Below are positions 50,744 through 61,239 of a DNA stretch of 64,000 nt, piece by piece (the stretch's first letter is position 1; each line of letters opens with the position of its first letter). Source of the stretch: Spirochaetia bacterium. Its GTDB lineage: Bacteria; Spirochaetota; Spirochaetia; DSM-2461. The stretch spans positions 2,400,001 to 2,464,000 of the forward strand of contig CAXXIA010000002.1 in the NCBI GenBank assembly GCA_963666985.2. The letters run 5' to 3'. The position numbers were made by a program, and so were the translations under genes. The notes below the pieces were generated by a model that was given only the letters and a program-made list of their open reading frames with translations, ran no database searches and was not told where the DNA came from.

Positions 50744-52437
50744 ACGGTATACTTTCTTTCTTTTCATCACATGTGAGTCTGGAGCATATCAATGCCCTTT
50801 TGGTTCTCGGTGTTGTTCTTTTCGGAGGAACATGGGCCGGGCGTTTGTTTCAGACTTGGAAAATTCCTCAAGTGGTTGGATACATCACTCTCGGCGTTCT
50901 CTTGGGGCGAACCGGTTTGGGCTGGATTGACGCGGATACCCTGAAAAACCTTCAGCCCTTCAGTACCTTCGCCCTCGGCTTAATCGGATTCATGATAGGC
51001 GGAGAGCTGAAGATTCAAACCATTAAAAAATACGGCAGACAGTTCACCACCATTCTTCTTTTTGAATCTCTGGGGGCGTTTGTTATCGTTTCAATTCTTA
51101 TCGGAACGGCCGGCTGGTTCTTTTTCAAGAATGCCGCGTTTGCGATTTCATTGGGACTTCTTATGGGTTCCATATCATCGGCCACCGCTCCGGCCGCAAC
51201 AACGGATGTGCTTTGGGAGAATAAAACCAAAGGACCTCTGACAACGATAGTCCTGGGAATTGTCGCTTTGGATGATGCCGTTGCTCTGCTTCTTTTCGCC
51301 GTTTCTTCGAGTGTCGCGGGAATCCTCCTGGGCGGAGGCGCCGATCATAGTCTTCTTCCCAGTCTTCTGAATCTCATTTGGGAAATAGGAATCGCGGTGG
51401 TTTTAGGGGTTGGCATGGGATTCATCCATTACCGGAGTATTCGAAGCTTCGCCGATGAAAACAGAATATTGGCCTTTTCCATCGGTGCCATAGTCCTTCT
51501 GATCGGAATAGCGAATTTCCTTGATGTGGATGTCATTCTGGCGGCTATGAGCATGGGATTTTTTACCATTAATTTCGCTCCGCGGCGCAGCAAGGAAACG
51601 TTTAAGTTCGTAGAGCGTTTTACTCCGCCGGTATATGTTTTGTTTTTTGTCATGGTCGGAGCCAAGCTTAACGTAAGGGGGCTTTCGGCGATTACTTTGT
51701 TTATGGCGGGAATCTACCTAATCGGAAGAATCGCCGGTAAGTCCGTCGGGGCGATTCTCGGTGCTCTTGTATCGAAGGCTCCCGGATCGGTTCGCCGGTA
51801 TCTTCCCTTCTGTCTTTTAAGTCAGGCCGGCGTGGCCATCGGATTGTCCATTATCGCGGGGCAGGCTTTCGTCGGGACTCTCGGGGATACGATTGTCATG
51901 ATTATCACGGCCACCACGTTCATCGTGCAGCTCGCCGGCCCTCCTTTGGTAAAGATAGCCGCGCTGAAGGCCGGAGAGGTCGGTCTGAATATTACCGAAG
52001 AAGATCTTATCCGCCGGAGCCGAGCCAAAGATATCGCCGACAAGGACATTCCCTCCATTCCCGAAAACATGGATATCGGTTCGGTTGTGAAAATCTTCGC
52101 CGAGCACGACAATCTTTATTATCCGGTTGTGAATGACGAGGGTGTTCTTATGGGAATCCTGCCCATCGAGACATTGAAAGATACATTTCTTCTCTCCGAT
52201 CTTTCTCCGCTTTTATTGGCGCACGACATTATGGAACGAGCCGAATTCACATGCCGTGAAGAGACCGAGGCAACGGAGATAACGGATATTTTCAGGCAGA
52301 GAGGGGTTGCGTCGATCCCCGTTCTCGACGGAGAAGGACGAGTTACGGGAATGATTGAGTTTCGGCGCATGCAGCAGCACTTTGCCAGGCAGCTGGCGGC
52401 GCTTCGGGAAAAAGCGACGGCTTTGGAGGCGAACTGA
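50740..52437 (+). CDS. cation:proton antiporter (CPA2-like) with C-terminal CBS pair
   Basis: IPQVVGY..GVLLG, ATAPAAT, IVALDD, FFVMVGA, QAGVAIG; CBS YPVV...G / IPVLD...G. Confidence 0.92.
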   Translation: MNGILSFFSSHVSLEHINALLVLGVVLFGGTWAGRLFQTWKIPQVVGYITLGVLLGRTGLGWIDADTLKNLQPFSTFALGLIGFMIGGELKIQTIKKYGRQFTTILLFESLGAFVIVSILIGTAGWFFFKNAAFAISLGLLMGSISSATAPAATTDVLWENKTKGPLTTIVLGIVALDDAVALLLFAVSSSVAGILLGGGADHSLLPSLLNLIWEIGIAVVLGVGMGFIHYRSIRSFADENRILAFSIGAIVLLIGIANFLDVDVILAAMSMGFFTINFAPRRSKETFKFVERFTPPVYVLFFVMVGAKLNVRGLSAITLFMAGIYLIGRIAGKSVGAILGALVSKAPGSVRRYLPFCLLSQAGVAIGLSIIAGQAFVGTLGDTIVMIITATTFIVQLAGPPLVKIAALKAGEVGLNITEEDLIRRSRAKDIADKDIPSIPENMDIGSVVKIFAEHDNLYYPVVNDEGVLMGILPIETLKDTFLLSDLSPLLLAHDIMERAEFTCREETEATEITDIFRQRGVASIPVLDGEGRVTGMIEFRRMQQHFARQLAALREKATALEAN

Positions 52438-52438
52438 A

Positions 52439-53332
52439 ATGAAATTCGGATCGTTGGTGGATAAGGAATGCATCATAATCGGGAATGGCTTCAAGAGCAT
52501 TGACGAAGCTATCGATGGTTTAATTGAGCTTTTTTTCCGAAGAAAAAAGCTTCCTATGAATCCGGAGGAAGTCAGCCGAATTGTTCGAAATCGGGAACAG
52601 CTCGGCGGAACGGTTTTGCCGTCGGGGCTCGCCATTCCGCATGGCCGTATCGAGGGTTTTCACGATCTTTTAATCGGTATTTGGATTCCGGAATCTCCTC
52701 TTGAGACCGATCACGGCACGGTCCGGTTTCTTGTTTTTTCTTTAACTTCAAAATCCGGAACCGCTCTCTATTTGCCGATGCTTGCTGCCTTGGCCAGGTT
52801 TTCGCAGAACGAAGAGGCCATGGGACATTTCCTTTCGGTTCGGGATAAGCATGAAGCGCATCGGATTCTCGACGATATTATCCTGAAGCAGGAAATAACG
52901 GTTGAGGACATCATGACCCGAGAACCGGTAACTTGTAAGCCCGAAGCGACGGTGGCCGAATTGGCCGATATTTTTTATCAAAAGAATCTCAGCTATCTGC
53001 CGGTCGTGGATGGAAAAGGGACTCAGATTGGAGAGGTGACGATAAAGGATCTTATTTCCCGCGGAATCCCCGATTATGTCCGGCGGCTGGCGAATACCCG
53101 TTTTCTGAAAACTCTGGAGCCTTTTGAAGCTTTGCTGAAGGAAGAGGATAAAATCCAGGTGAAAGAAATCATGAGAAAGCCGTCGCGAAAGGTTACTCCG
53201 GATGCGTCGATTATCGAAGCCGCCACCCTTATGACCAATCACGGATTCAGGCATCTGCCGGTTCTGGAGAAAGGGAAAGTCATCGGTATCGTCAGTGAAA
53301 CGGACATCCTGAAGAAAGTCATCAGGGGGTAG
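52439..53332 (+). CDS. PTS EIIA + CBS domain protein
   Basis: RE..GGT....LAIPHGR; VEDIMT..P, LPVVD, RHLPV...GIVSETDIL; start at ATG 52439 (GGAGG RBS). Confidence 0.88.
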   Translation: MKFGSLVDKECIIIGNGFKSIDEAIDGLIELFFRRKKLPMNPEEVSRIVRNREQLGGTVLPSGLAIPHGRIEGFHDLLIGIWIPESPLETDHGTVRFLVFSLTSKSGTALYLPMLAALARFSQNEEAMGHFLSVRDKHEAHRILDDIILKQEITVEDIMTREPVTCKPEATVAELADIFYQKNLSYLPVVDGKGTQIGEVTIKDLISRGIPDYVRRLANTRFLKTLEPFEALLKEEDKIQVKEIMRKPSRKVTPDASIIEAATLMTNHGFRHLPVLEKGKVIGIVSETDILKKVIRG

Positions 53333-53335
53333 ACC

Positions 53336-54610
53336 ATGGTTCAAATCATTATCGGTGTAGCCTTCTTTATCCTGCTCTTCATTCTCATCTCTTTGGAAGT
53401 GGTTAATAAGACCATTCTTGCCATCCTCGGCGCCGTTCTGTTTATTTCCATGGGAATCCTCGATCAGTCCGAGGCCTTTAAAGATGTGGACTGGGATGTC
53501 ATTTTTCTTCTAATCGGCATGATGGTGATTGTCGGTGTAACGAAGCGTTCCGGGCTGTATCAATACATCGCCATAAAATCGGCCAAGGCGGTCGGCGGCG
53601 ATCCGGTGAAGATTCTTATTCTTTTTTCATTGATAACCGCAGTAATGTCCGCGTTTTTGGATAATGTCACTACCGTTCTTATTCTCACACCCGTGATGAT
53701 TTTAATTGCCGTTGAGCTGGGTTTGAGTCCCGTACCGTTCATTATCAGCTCCGCTTTGGCATCCAATATAGGAGGAACGGCCACTCTTATCGGCGATCCT
53801 CCCAACATCATGATTGGCAGCGCCGCCGGACTCGGTTTTACGGATTTTCTTATAAACCTTGGTCCGCTTATTCTGATTCTCCTGGTTATTCACTGCGGTA
53901 TGATTTTTCTCTTTTTCCGGAAGGATATGAATGTGAGCATGGAACGGCGCGCCCGAATTATGGAATTCGACGAGAGCGCGAGTCTCTCCGATCGCGCTAT
54001 TCTTGTAAAAAGCCTTTCGGTTTTGCTTCTTGTTATTGTCGGTTTTCTTCTCCATGGCGTAACGAATATCGAGCCGGCAACAATCGCTCTCGGAGGTGCC
54101 GCGCTTCTTATGCTTCTTGTCGGCGGAGAAGAAGTAGACGGTTATTTTCATGAAGTTGAATGGGAAACCATCTTTTTCTTCTTCGGTCTTTTCATCATGG
54201 TGGGCGGTTTGGTGGAACTGGGAGTTATCGATAAACTGGCGGCGGCCTATCTGAAACTTACCGGAGGGAATATCGAGAAGACGTCTTTTTCCCTTATATG
54301 GGTAAGCGGTCTTCTCTCGTCGTTCCTTGACAATATTCCTTATGTCGCGACGATGATTCCCTTGGTAAAGAGCATGGGAACCGAGATCGGCGCTTCGGCG
54401 ATAACACCCATTTGGTGGTCTCTGGCCATTGGATCCTGCCTGGGCGGCAACGGAACTCTTATCGGCGCTTCGGCCAATGTCGTGAGTTCCGGAATCAGCG
54501 GCAGGAGCGGATATAAAATCAGCTTTCTGGAGTTTACTAAATACGGTTTTATCTCCATGGTGATTTCTTTGGCGGTATCAAGCGTGTACATTTTTGTTGT
54601 TTTCCTCTGA
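53336..54610 (+). CDS. ArsB/NhaD (IT superfamily) transporter
   Basis: SAFLDNVTTV, SNIGGTATLIGDPPN, DNIPY, LGGNGTLIGASAN. Confidence 0.93.
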   Translation: MVQIIIGVAFFILLFILISLEVVNKTILAILGAVLFISMGILDQSEAFKDVDWDVIFLLIGMMVIVGVTKRSGLYQYIAIKSAKAVGGDPVKILILFSLITAVMSAFLDNVTTVLILTPVMILIAVELGLSPVPFIISSALASNIGGTATLIGDPPNIMIGSAAGLGFTDFLINLGPLILILLVIHCGMIFLFFRKDMNVSMERRARIMEFDESASLSDRAILVKSLSVLLLVIVGFLLHGVTNIEPATIALGGAALLMLLVGGEEVDGYFHEVEWETIFFFFGLFIMVGGLVELGVIDKLAAAYLKLTGGNIEKTSFSLIWVSGLLSSFLDNIPYVATMIPLVKSMGTEIGASAITPIWWSLAIGSCLGGNGTLIGASANVVSSGISGRSGYKISFLEFTKYGFISMVISLAVSSVYIFVVFL

Positions 54611-54986
54611 AGCCGGCATGATTTCAGACGGAATCCGAAGCTCTCATCGAGACTGATCTCTTCTGATTTTTCCTTTTTTTTCTTTCTTTACCCACCCGAT
54701 GGAGTCGTTTTTTCGGTAAGAAATTCATTTTTCTTGCCGAAAGGCGCTGAAGGAAAAGGAATCTATAAATAAACAAAAGATATCTCTTTGTAAAAAGGGA
54801 ATATTATAACTCACAAATATATCACAAATTAAATAAAACATAGAAAAAATTGAATTTAATATTAATTAATAACGAATTTATTCTGCTCTAATTATTATTG
54901 CGGCTTTAACTTCCATTAAGAAAAAGTGCTTGATTTCCGCGTTATTACACGTCGATGATATTTATGGAATGGGAGAGTTTTATGTC

Positions 54987-57142
54987 ATGAAGGATGTTGA
55001 AATCATTGCCGATACCGAGGACTCGGATTTTCTAAGAATTTTAGAGAATATTGAAGCCTTTGAAGAAGGCGATTTGCTTGGCTTAACCGCGATTAATGAA
55101 TTGATAAGAAAACTCTCTGAAAACAATGTAGATAATTTGGTGGGAAAAATATCGGAAATTATTATGCCCTGTTTTCAGGGGCTTGGAGTCATAGATTCTC
55201 AGAAGACATTCCTTAATGAAGTAAAAAGGGTGCTGAACTCGGCAAAAAAAATAAAATAAGCATTGAAGAAGCGGCGAATGTTCTTTCAAAATATTTTGCC
55301 CAAGAAGAATCTCCCGGTAATTGTAAAGCGGAAGAAGACACGGAACTCATTGTTACCGAAGAATGGTTTGAAGGCCTGATTCAGGATGAGGAAATGTTCC
55401 GAAAATTTGTTTCGGAAATTAGCGAACATTTGGAGAATGTTCAGTTGGCTCTTCTGGAACTGGAATATGATTCGGCGAATAAGGAAAACATCAACACGAT
55501 TTTCCGTGCCTTTCATACGATAAAAAGTTCTTCCGCATTCCTGGGCGTTAAAAACCTTGAAGAAACGGCCCATTACATTGAGAACATGCTGGCATTGGTT
55601 CGTGACGGAGAAATCCAAGTATCTCCGGAACTTGTGGATATCGTGTTTTACAGTGTCGGATTTGTTAAAGATCTGGCCGAGGTTTTTGAACGGGCTCAGT
55701 ATAAAAACGAAACCATAATTAAAAGTTTTCTCGGAATCGACATTCGTCCGATAATTCGCGTTATTAGAAAAATCACCACCGAAAGGCGAACGAAAAAAAT
55801 CGGAGAAATCCTCACCGAACTGGGCAAAATCGATGACGATAAGATTCAGGAAATTCTCGGACGGCAGAAGAAAGAGAATCGGCGCTTCGGAGAGATTGCC
55901 CTGGAAGAGAAGGTCGTGGCCGAGGAAGATATCGCCGCCGCCGTTCAGGTTCAGACGAGTCAAAAGAATAAATTTTCCTATGTGAAAGTCGCCTCCGCCC
56001 GACTGAATGATTTGGTTGATATGGTCGGAGAATTGGTTGTGAATCAGTCCATGATTCGTGAGGAAGTCGTCTCCGGTATACAGGTTCAGGAACGGGAACT
56101 TCGTCAGCTGAATCTGATTACAACAAACATTAAGAACATTGTTCTCTCGATGGGTATGGTGCCTATCGAAGAGGTGTTCAACAAGCTTCGCGTTGTCATC
56201 AGGAACGCCTCGCGTGAAACCGGAAAAATCGTTGAAACGGTTATCAGCGGAGAAGATACGGAACTGGATCGAAATCTCATTGAAGCGATTCACGATCCTC
56301 TGGTGCATATGGTGCGCAACGCGGTGGATCACGGATTGGAAGAAACCGCCGAGCGGGAGGCCTTGGGGAAGAAGCCCGTCGGCTTAATCAATATTTCGGC
56401 GGAACATAAGGGCAACGGCATTCAAGTCACCGTTCGTGATGATGGTAAGGGTATTGATCGAGAACGGATTGTTGAGAAAGCCGTAGAAAAGGAACTGATT
56501 AAGAAAGACGAAGCCCCGCGCTATCTGGCCGATGAAAAACTCTGCTACGAGCTGATGTTCAGCCCCGGATTTTCAACGGCCAAGAAGGTCACCGAACTTT
56601 CCGGCCGGGGAGTCGGTTTGGACGTTGTGAAGATGAATCTGGATAAGATTCATGGAAAAATTGAAGTTTTTTCCGAGAAAGGTCAGGGAACGTCGTTCAT
56701 AATCAAACTTCCCTTAACTCTTGCCATAATCGACGGCTTTGTAACGAGAGTCTGCGAAGAACGCTATATTTTCTCTTTCAATTTAATCAAAGGAATTATC
56801 GTTCCGACGGAAGAGAATGTACGAAAAATGGAGGATGGAGAAATAATCCTCTATGATCGCGGACGGCATATTCCCATTATTTTTACCGAAGAACTCGTTA
56901 CGGGGAATCCGGTTAATAAGCGGCCTGGTGAATACATTATTTTGCTTATTAATTACGAGGATTCACTTTATGGGATAGCCGTGGATGAGGTTTTGGGAAA
57001 GCAGGAAATTGTCATAAAAAGTCTTAATGAAGTTCTTCGGGAAATGAATCTTTTTTCCGGCGGAACGATTTTCGGAGACGGAACCATCGGCTTTGTGGTT
57101 GATATCGATGAATTTATTCGGAAAGCCCAATCGGATTACTAA
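54987..57142 (+). pseudogene. cheA: cheA copy 1, frameshifted at the A8 run 55244-55251
   Basis: The upstream ORF is homologous to the N-terminus of cheA copy 2 (IE.FEEGDLLGL, IIMPCFQ.LGV..SQK). One extra A joins it to 55394..57142 (FHTIKSS HPT, HMVRNAVDHG, GRGVGLDVV, CheW domain). Confidence 0.88.
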
Positions 57143-57685
57143 ATATTAGAAAAGGAGGGAAGAATGATAATGATCGTGGACGACTCGGCGATAGGCCGTG
57201 ACGTTATTAAAAAGGCTTTATCAATGAACGGTTATAAGGAAGTTCTTGAGGCCGAAAACGGTGCGGTGGGATTGGAAAAATCCAAAGCGAATCAAGGTGC
57301 GATTAAGTTGTATATCCTGGATATCAACATGCCGGTCATGGACGGACTGACCCTCCTGGAAGAGATTCGGAAATACGACACGGCGACTCCGGTGATTATG
57401 CTCACCACGGAAACGGATAAAGCAAAAATGGCACACGCGAAAAGTCTCGGTGCAACGGGTTGGATGATCAAACCGTTCAACGAAGAACAGTTAATGAACG
57501 TCATCAGAATGGTAGTGAAGGAGTAGGGCATGGCGAATAAAAAATCAATGGGTTTGTCGTTTAAGATCATTGGGATGGTGGTGATTCTTTTCTTGATTGT
57601 ATTGGGACTGATTACCATTTTGGTCAGTAAAAGAATCAACGATGGAATCAGTGAAGTTCAAATATCCAATATGGAACAATCCGCT
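55340..57685 (+). repeat. copy 1 of the duplicated cheA-cheY-mcp(5') segment; copy 2 about 6260 bp downstream
   Basis: Long identical tracts; for example the lines at 55501 and 61761, and at 57001 and 63261, match. Confidence 0.95.
57164..57526 (+). CDS. cheY: CheY-like receiver protein
   Basis: IVDDS, LDINMP..DG, MLTTE, KPF. Confidence 0.93.
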   Translation: MIMIVDDSAIGRDVIKKALSMNGYKEVLEAENGAVGLEKSKANQGAIKLYILDINMPVMDGLTLLEEIRKYDTATPVIMLTTETDKAKMAHAKSLGATGWMIKPFNEEQLMNVIRMVVKE

Positions 57686-59440
57686 CAGCAGTATCAGAGT
57701 CTGCTGGATGAGGTTTTTCTGAATCTGGGAAGAAGGGTTCAACTGGTTGCTCAGAAAAATGAAGTGATTCAGGCGTATAATGAGAACGATGAGGATTCTC
57801 TCCAATCGCTCAGCAGGGCAAGTTATGAATCTGTAGAGAATTCCTATGAAGCTTTTTTCACGGATAGTAATGGAGAAATCCTTTCCAGTTATCCAAATAA
57901 GGAGCGTATTGGTTTGGATATTGCCGATAGTGATTTCTGGGAGCCGGTATCATCACTGCATAAAACTTCATTTATTTCTTCGTATATTTATAAAAATGAA
58001 AAAGGAGTTTATGTCTTATCTTTTGCTTCTCCGGTCGTGATTAACAATCGTTTTTCCGGAATATTCGTAGTGGAACTGGATATGCAGAGTTTTGCGGATC
58101 AATACATCAATCCTTCCAAATATGGTGAATCCGGATACGCTTTCATTTTTGATGATAAGGGAACTTTAGCGGCTCATCGTACGGAAATGGGCGCTAATAT
58201 ATCTGGGGAGGCTTGGTTCCAGAAGATCGTTAAATCATCCGAAAAGTCAGGCATTGAGTATTATGAAAAAGACGGTCGGATGAAGTACCAGTTCTTTCAT
58301 CAATTATCCTCTTTGCCCTGGTATGTTTCCGCAAGTATTGATGAAAATGATTTATTAAGCCTTTCCATCCAAATGCGCAATCAAATCATTATAATCAGTG
58401 CCGTATCTCTTGCCGTTTTGGTTGTGATTTTAATATTGGCTATTATGCTCCTGGTCGGCCGGCCGATATCGAGAATAACCAACGACCTTTCTTCCGGATC
58501 AAATAATCTGGAATCCGCATCTTATCAGATATCCTCATCAAGCCAGGAGCTTTCCAGCGGATCTTCCGAGCTGGCTTCGAGCATTGAAGAAATCACCTCG
58601 TCCCTTGAAGAGCTTCAGTCCGTGGTGGAAATGAACACCAAAAATATCAATCAAAGCGAATTGATGATGAAGGAAACCACGGAAGGAACGGAAAAGGTGA
58701 CTCAGCGTATGGGGGAACTGAAATCCGCCGTAAATGAGATAGGGGAGAACAGCAAGAAGATCGTAAAGATCATCAAAGTGATTGAAGACATTGCCTTCCA
58801 GACGAATATTCTGGCGCTGAATGCGGCGGTGGAAGCGGCACGGGCCGGCGATGCCGGTCGGGGCTTCGCCGTTGTGGCCGATCAGGTAAAGGAGTTGGCT
58901 CATAAGAGTTCCGAGGCGGCAAAAGAAACAGCGGTATTGATTGAGAAAGCATCGGAGAGTGCCGACAGAGGAGAAAGCCTTGGCGGTGAGGTAATGGAAG
59001 TTCAGGCAAGCGCCGGGGAAATGGCCGCGAAGGTCGGGGTTCTTCTCGATGAGGTGAATCGGGCTTCCAAGGAGCAGATGAAAGGAATCAATCAGATTAC
59101 ACAGGCCATTACCCAGACCAATTCGGTTGTGCAGCAGACGGCCGCCAGTGCCGAGGAAACGGCGGCTGCCAGCGAAGAGCTTTTGAGTCAGGCCGAAGGC
59201 CTTAATGACGTCGTCGATCGATTGAACATTATCGTGAAGGGCCGTTCGGATAATGCCACAACGACCAAGAGGTCCGCTTCCGAGGGAACAAAGACCGTAC
59301 GGACGGAGAACGGCGAATCCGCGGTGAGAACGAAAATTTTAAAAACACCGAAAGCGGATCTTCGCTCTGAGGAATCGGGAATCAGTTTGGCTTCTGCGGA
59401 AGAGCAGATTCCGCTTGAAGAAGAATTCAGCGAGTTCTAG
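57530..59440 (+). CDS. methyl-accepting chemotaxis protein (dCache-like sensor)
   Basis: Two TM segments, [28 protein letters not shown]. Confidence 0.95.
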   Translation: MANKKSMGLSFKIIGMVVILFLIVLGLITILVSKRINDGISEVQISNMEQSAQQYQSLLDEVFLNLGRRVQLVAQKNEVIQAYNENDEDSLQSLSRASYESVENSYEAFFTDSNGEILSSYPNKERIGLDIADSDFWEPVSSLHKTSFISSYIYKNEKGVYVLSFASPVVINNRFSGIFVVELDMQSFADQYINPSKYGESGYAFIFDDKGTLAAHRTEMGANISGEAWFQKIVKSSEKSGIEYYEKDGRMKYQFFHQLSSLPWYVSASIDENDLLSLSIQMRNQIIIISAVSLAVLVVILILAIMLLVGRPISRITNDLSSGSNNLESASYQISSSSQELSSGSSELASSIEEITSSLEELQSVVEMNTKNINQSELMMKETTEGTEKVTQRMGELKSAVNEIGENSKKIVKIIKVIEDIAFQTNILALNAAVEAARAGDAGRGFAVVADQVKELAHKSSEAAKETAVLIEKASESADRGESLGGEVMEVQASAGEMAAKVGVLLDEVNRASKEQMKGINQITQAITQTNSVVQQTAASAEETAAASEELLSQAEGLNDVVDRLNIIVKGRSDNATTTKRSASEGTKTVRTENGESAVRTKILKTPKADLRSEESGISLASAEEQIPLEEEFSEF

Positions 59441-59451
59441 GAATAATCATT

Positions 59452-59913
59452 ATGTCGGAAATTGATAAATATTTGATTTTTTCCATCCTTTCGGAATATT
59501 ACGGAATCCCGATTATTAAGGTTCGGGAAATCATCCGGCATGAGAAAATCACACCGGTAAGAAAAACCTTGGAGTATATCAAGGGTGTGATTAATCTTCG
59601 GGGAAAAATCATCCCCGTGCTGGATTTGCGCAATAAGTTCGGACTCCCGGAAGTGGAATACGACGACAAGACGGTTTTCGTTATTGTGGATATCAGCGGT
59701 AAAATGGGATTCTACAATTTGGGGCTGGCCGTCGATGCGGTTCATGAAGTGGTGGATATCGCGAAGGACAATCTTGAGGATACTCCCCGGCTGGGGCTGA
59801 AGATGAAGTCTCATTATTTGTTGGGCATCGCCCGAATGAAAGATGAAATGACGATGATTTTGAATCTGGATACGATTGTGTCGGCGGACGAGATTATCAG
59901 TCTCACTGAATAA
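59452..59913 (+). CDS. cheW: chemotaxis adaptor
   Basis: YGIPI.KVREII, GVINLRGKIIPVLDLR, GLAVDAV.EV. Confidence 0.96.
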   Translation: MSEIDKYLIFSILSEYYGIPIIKVREIIRHEKITPVRKTLEYIKGVINLRGKIIPVLDLRNKFGLPEVEYDDKTVFVIVDISGKMGFYNLGLAVDAVHEVVDIAKDNLEDTPRLGLKMKSHYLLGIARMKDEMTMILNLDTIVSADEIISLTE

Positions 59914-59918
59914 TAGGT

Positions 59919-60992
59919 GTGAAAATGGTCCGGGTACTTATTGTTGATGACTCTGCCATTGTACGGAGTGTTCTTGAGGAAGAGTTAAGCAAGTATCCCG
60001 ATATCGAGGTATTGGGAACGGCCCCGGACCCTTTTGTCGCCCGAAACAAGATATTGAAGCTGAAACCGGATGTTCTCACGCTGGATATCGAAATGCCGAG
60101 GATGGACGGTCTGACGTTCTTGAAGAAACTGATGACCTATTATCCATTGCCCATAATCATCGTGAGTTCGGTAACGGCGGATGATGCCAAGGCCTCGATT
60201 CGTGCGTTGGAACTCGGCGCGTTCGATGTTGTAAATAAACCGTCGGGAGCCATATCGATAAAGGATTCGATAGACGAGATTCATGAGAAGCTCTTGAGCG
60301 CCTGGCAGGTAAAAGATACCTATCTGAGCAGACGGAGTGCGGTTCTCAGTAAGCTTCAGCCGAATAAAGTTACGGTGAAGGAGGAGTATCTCCAGCAGCT
60401 GAAAACCACCGATACGGTAATTGGGATTGGCTCTTCCACGGGAGGTACCGTTGCGCTGGAGCATATTTTCACCTCTCTTCCGGCGAACCTTCCCCCGATA
60501 CTTGTGGTTCAGCATATGCCTCCCGGATATACGGATTCGTTTGCCAAAAGACTGAACGAGCTTTCGGCCTTGACCATTAAGGAATCGGAAGACGGAGAGC
60601 TGGTACAAAAAGGGACGGTGTATATTGGGAAAGGCGGATATCATATCAAAGTCCGCCGCCGCGGTGCCGCGCTGTACATTGTTCATACCGAAGAGGAAAA
60701 GGTTCAGTATCAGAGGCCGTCCGCCGATGTTTTATTTTTCTCCATGGCGGAGGTTATCGGCCGGAATGCCGCCGGTTTCATCCTTACGGGAATGGGGAGG
60801 GATGGAGCGGAAGGATTGCTGAAGATGAAGCGCTCCGGTGCCTGGACCGTGGCTCAGGATGAAGAGAGCAGCATTGTATGGGGAATGCCGCGAGCGGCGG
60901 TTGAACTGAATGCTGCGCATAAAGAGGTGTCGCTGAACGATATCCCTCGTTCCATCGTCGATTTCTCCACCGGAAAAAACTCAAAAGACTAA
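59919..60992 (+). CDS. cheB: chemotaxis methylesterase
   Basis: Receiver domain plus GSSTGG, VQHMPP, RPSADVLF, LTGMGRDG. Confidence 0.97.
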   Translation: MKMVRVLIVDDSAIVRSVLEEELSKYPDIEVLGTAPDPFVARNKILKLKPDVLTLDIEMPRMDGLTFLKKLMTYYPLPIIIVSSVTADDAKASIRALELGAFDVVNKPSGAISIKDSIDEIHEKLLSAWQVKDTYLSRRSAVLSKLQPNKVTVKEEYLQQLKTTDTVIGIGSSTGGTVALEHIFTSLPANLPPILVVQHMPPGYTDSFAKRLNELSALTIKESEDGELVQKGTVYIGKGGYHIKVRRRGAALYIVHTEEEKVQYQRPSADVLFFSMAEVIGRNAAGFILTGMGRDGAEGLLKMKRSGAWTVAQDEESSIVWGMPRAAVELNAAHKEVSLNDIPRSIVDFSTGKNSKD

Positions 60993-61239
60993 TCGGAGGG
61001 GATGTTTTACGCGGCGAATAACCATAAAACATTCACATTGAATCCCATGAGTCATTTCAGGTTCCATAATCCTTTATAGAATCCTAAGTATACTTTTTGA
61101 AAGAAGCTGCTTAAAAACAGCCGGCAGAGAAGTTTTTTTAATCGAATATATTACAAAAAGAATAATACAAACGGACAAATTTGATTTTTCTCCTATTGAA
61201 GCACGAGAATTGGTGTGCGGATAGGAGTTTGATAAAACC

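Noticed and set aside
54711..54742. Hairpin upstream of cheA1 as a c-di-GMP riboswitch or terminator
   Set aside because: It lacks the riboswitch consensus elements and has no following U-tract on either strand
55286..56332. Long minus-strand ORFs 55286..56332 and 61483..62592
   Set aside because: Antisense shadows of cheA; they recur only because cheA is duplicated
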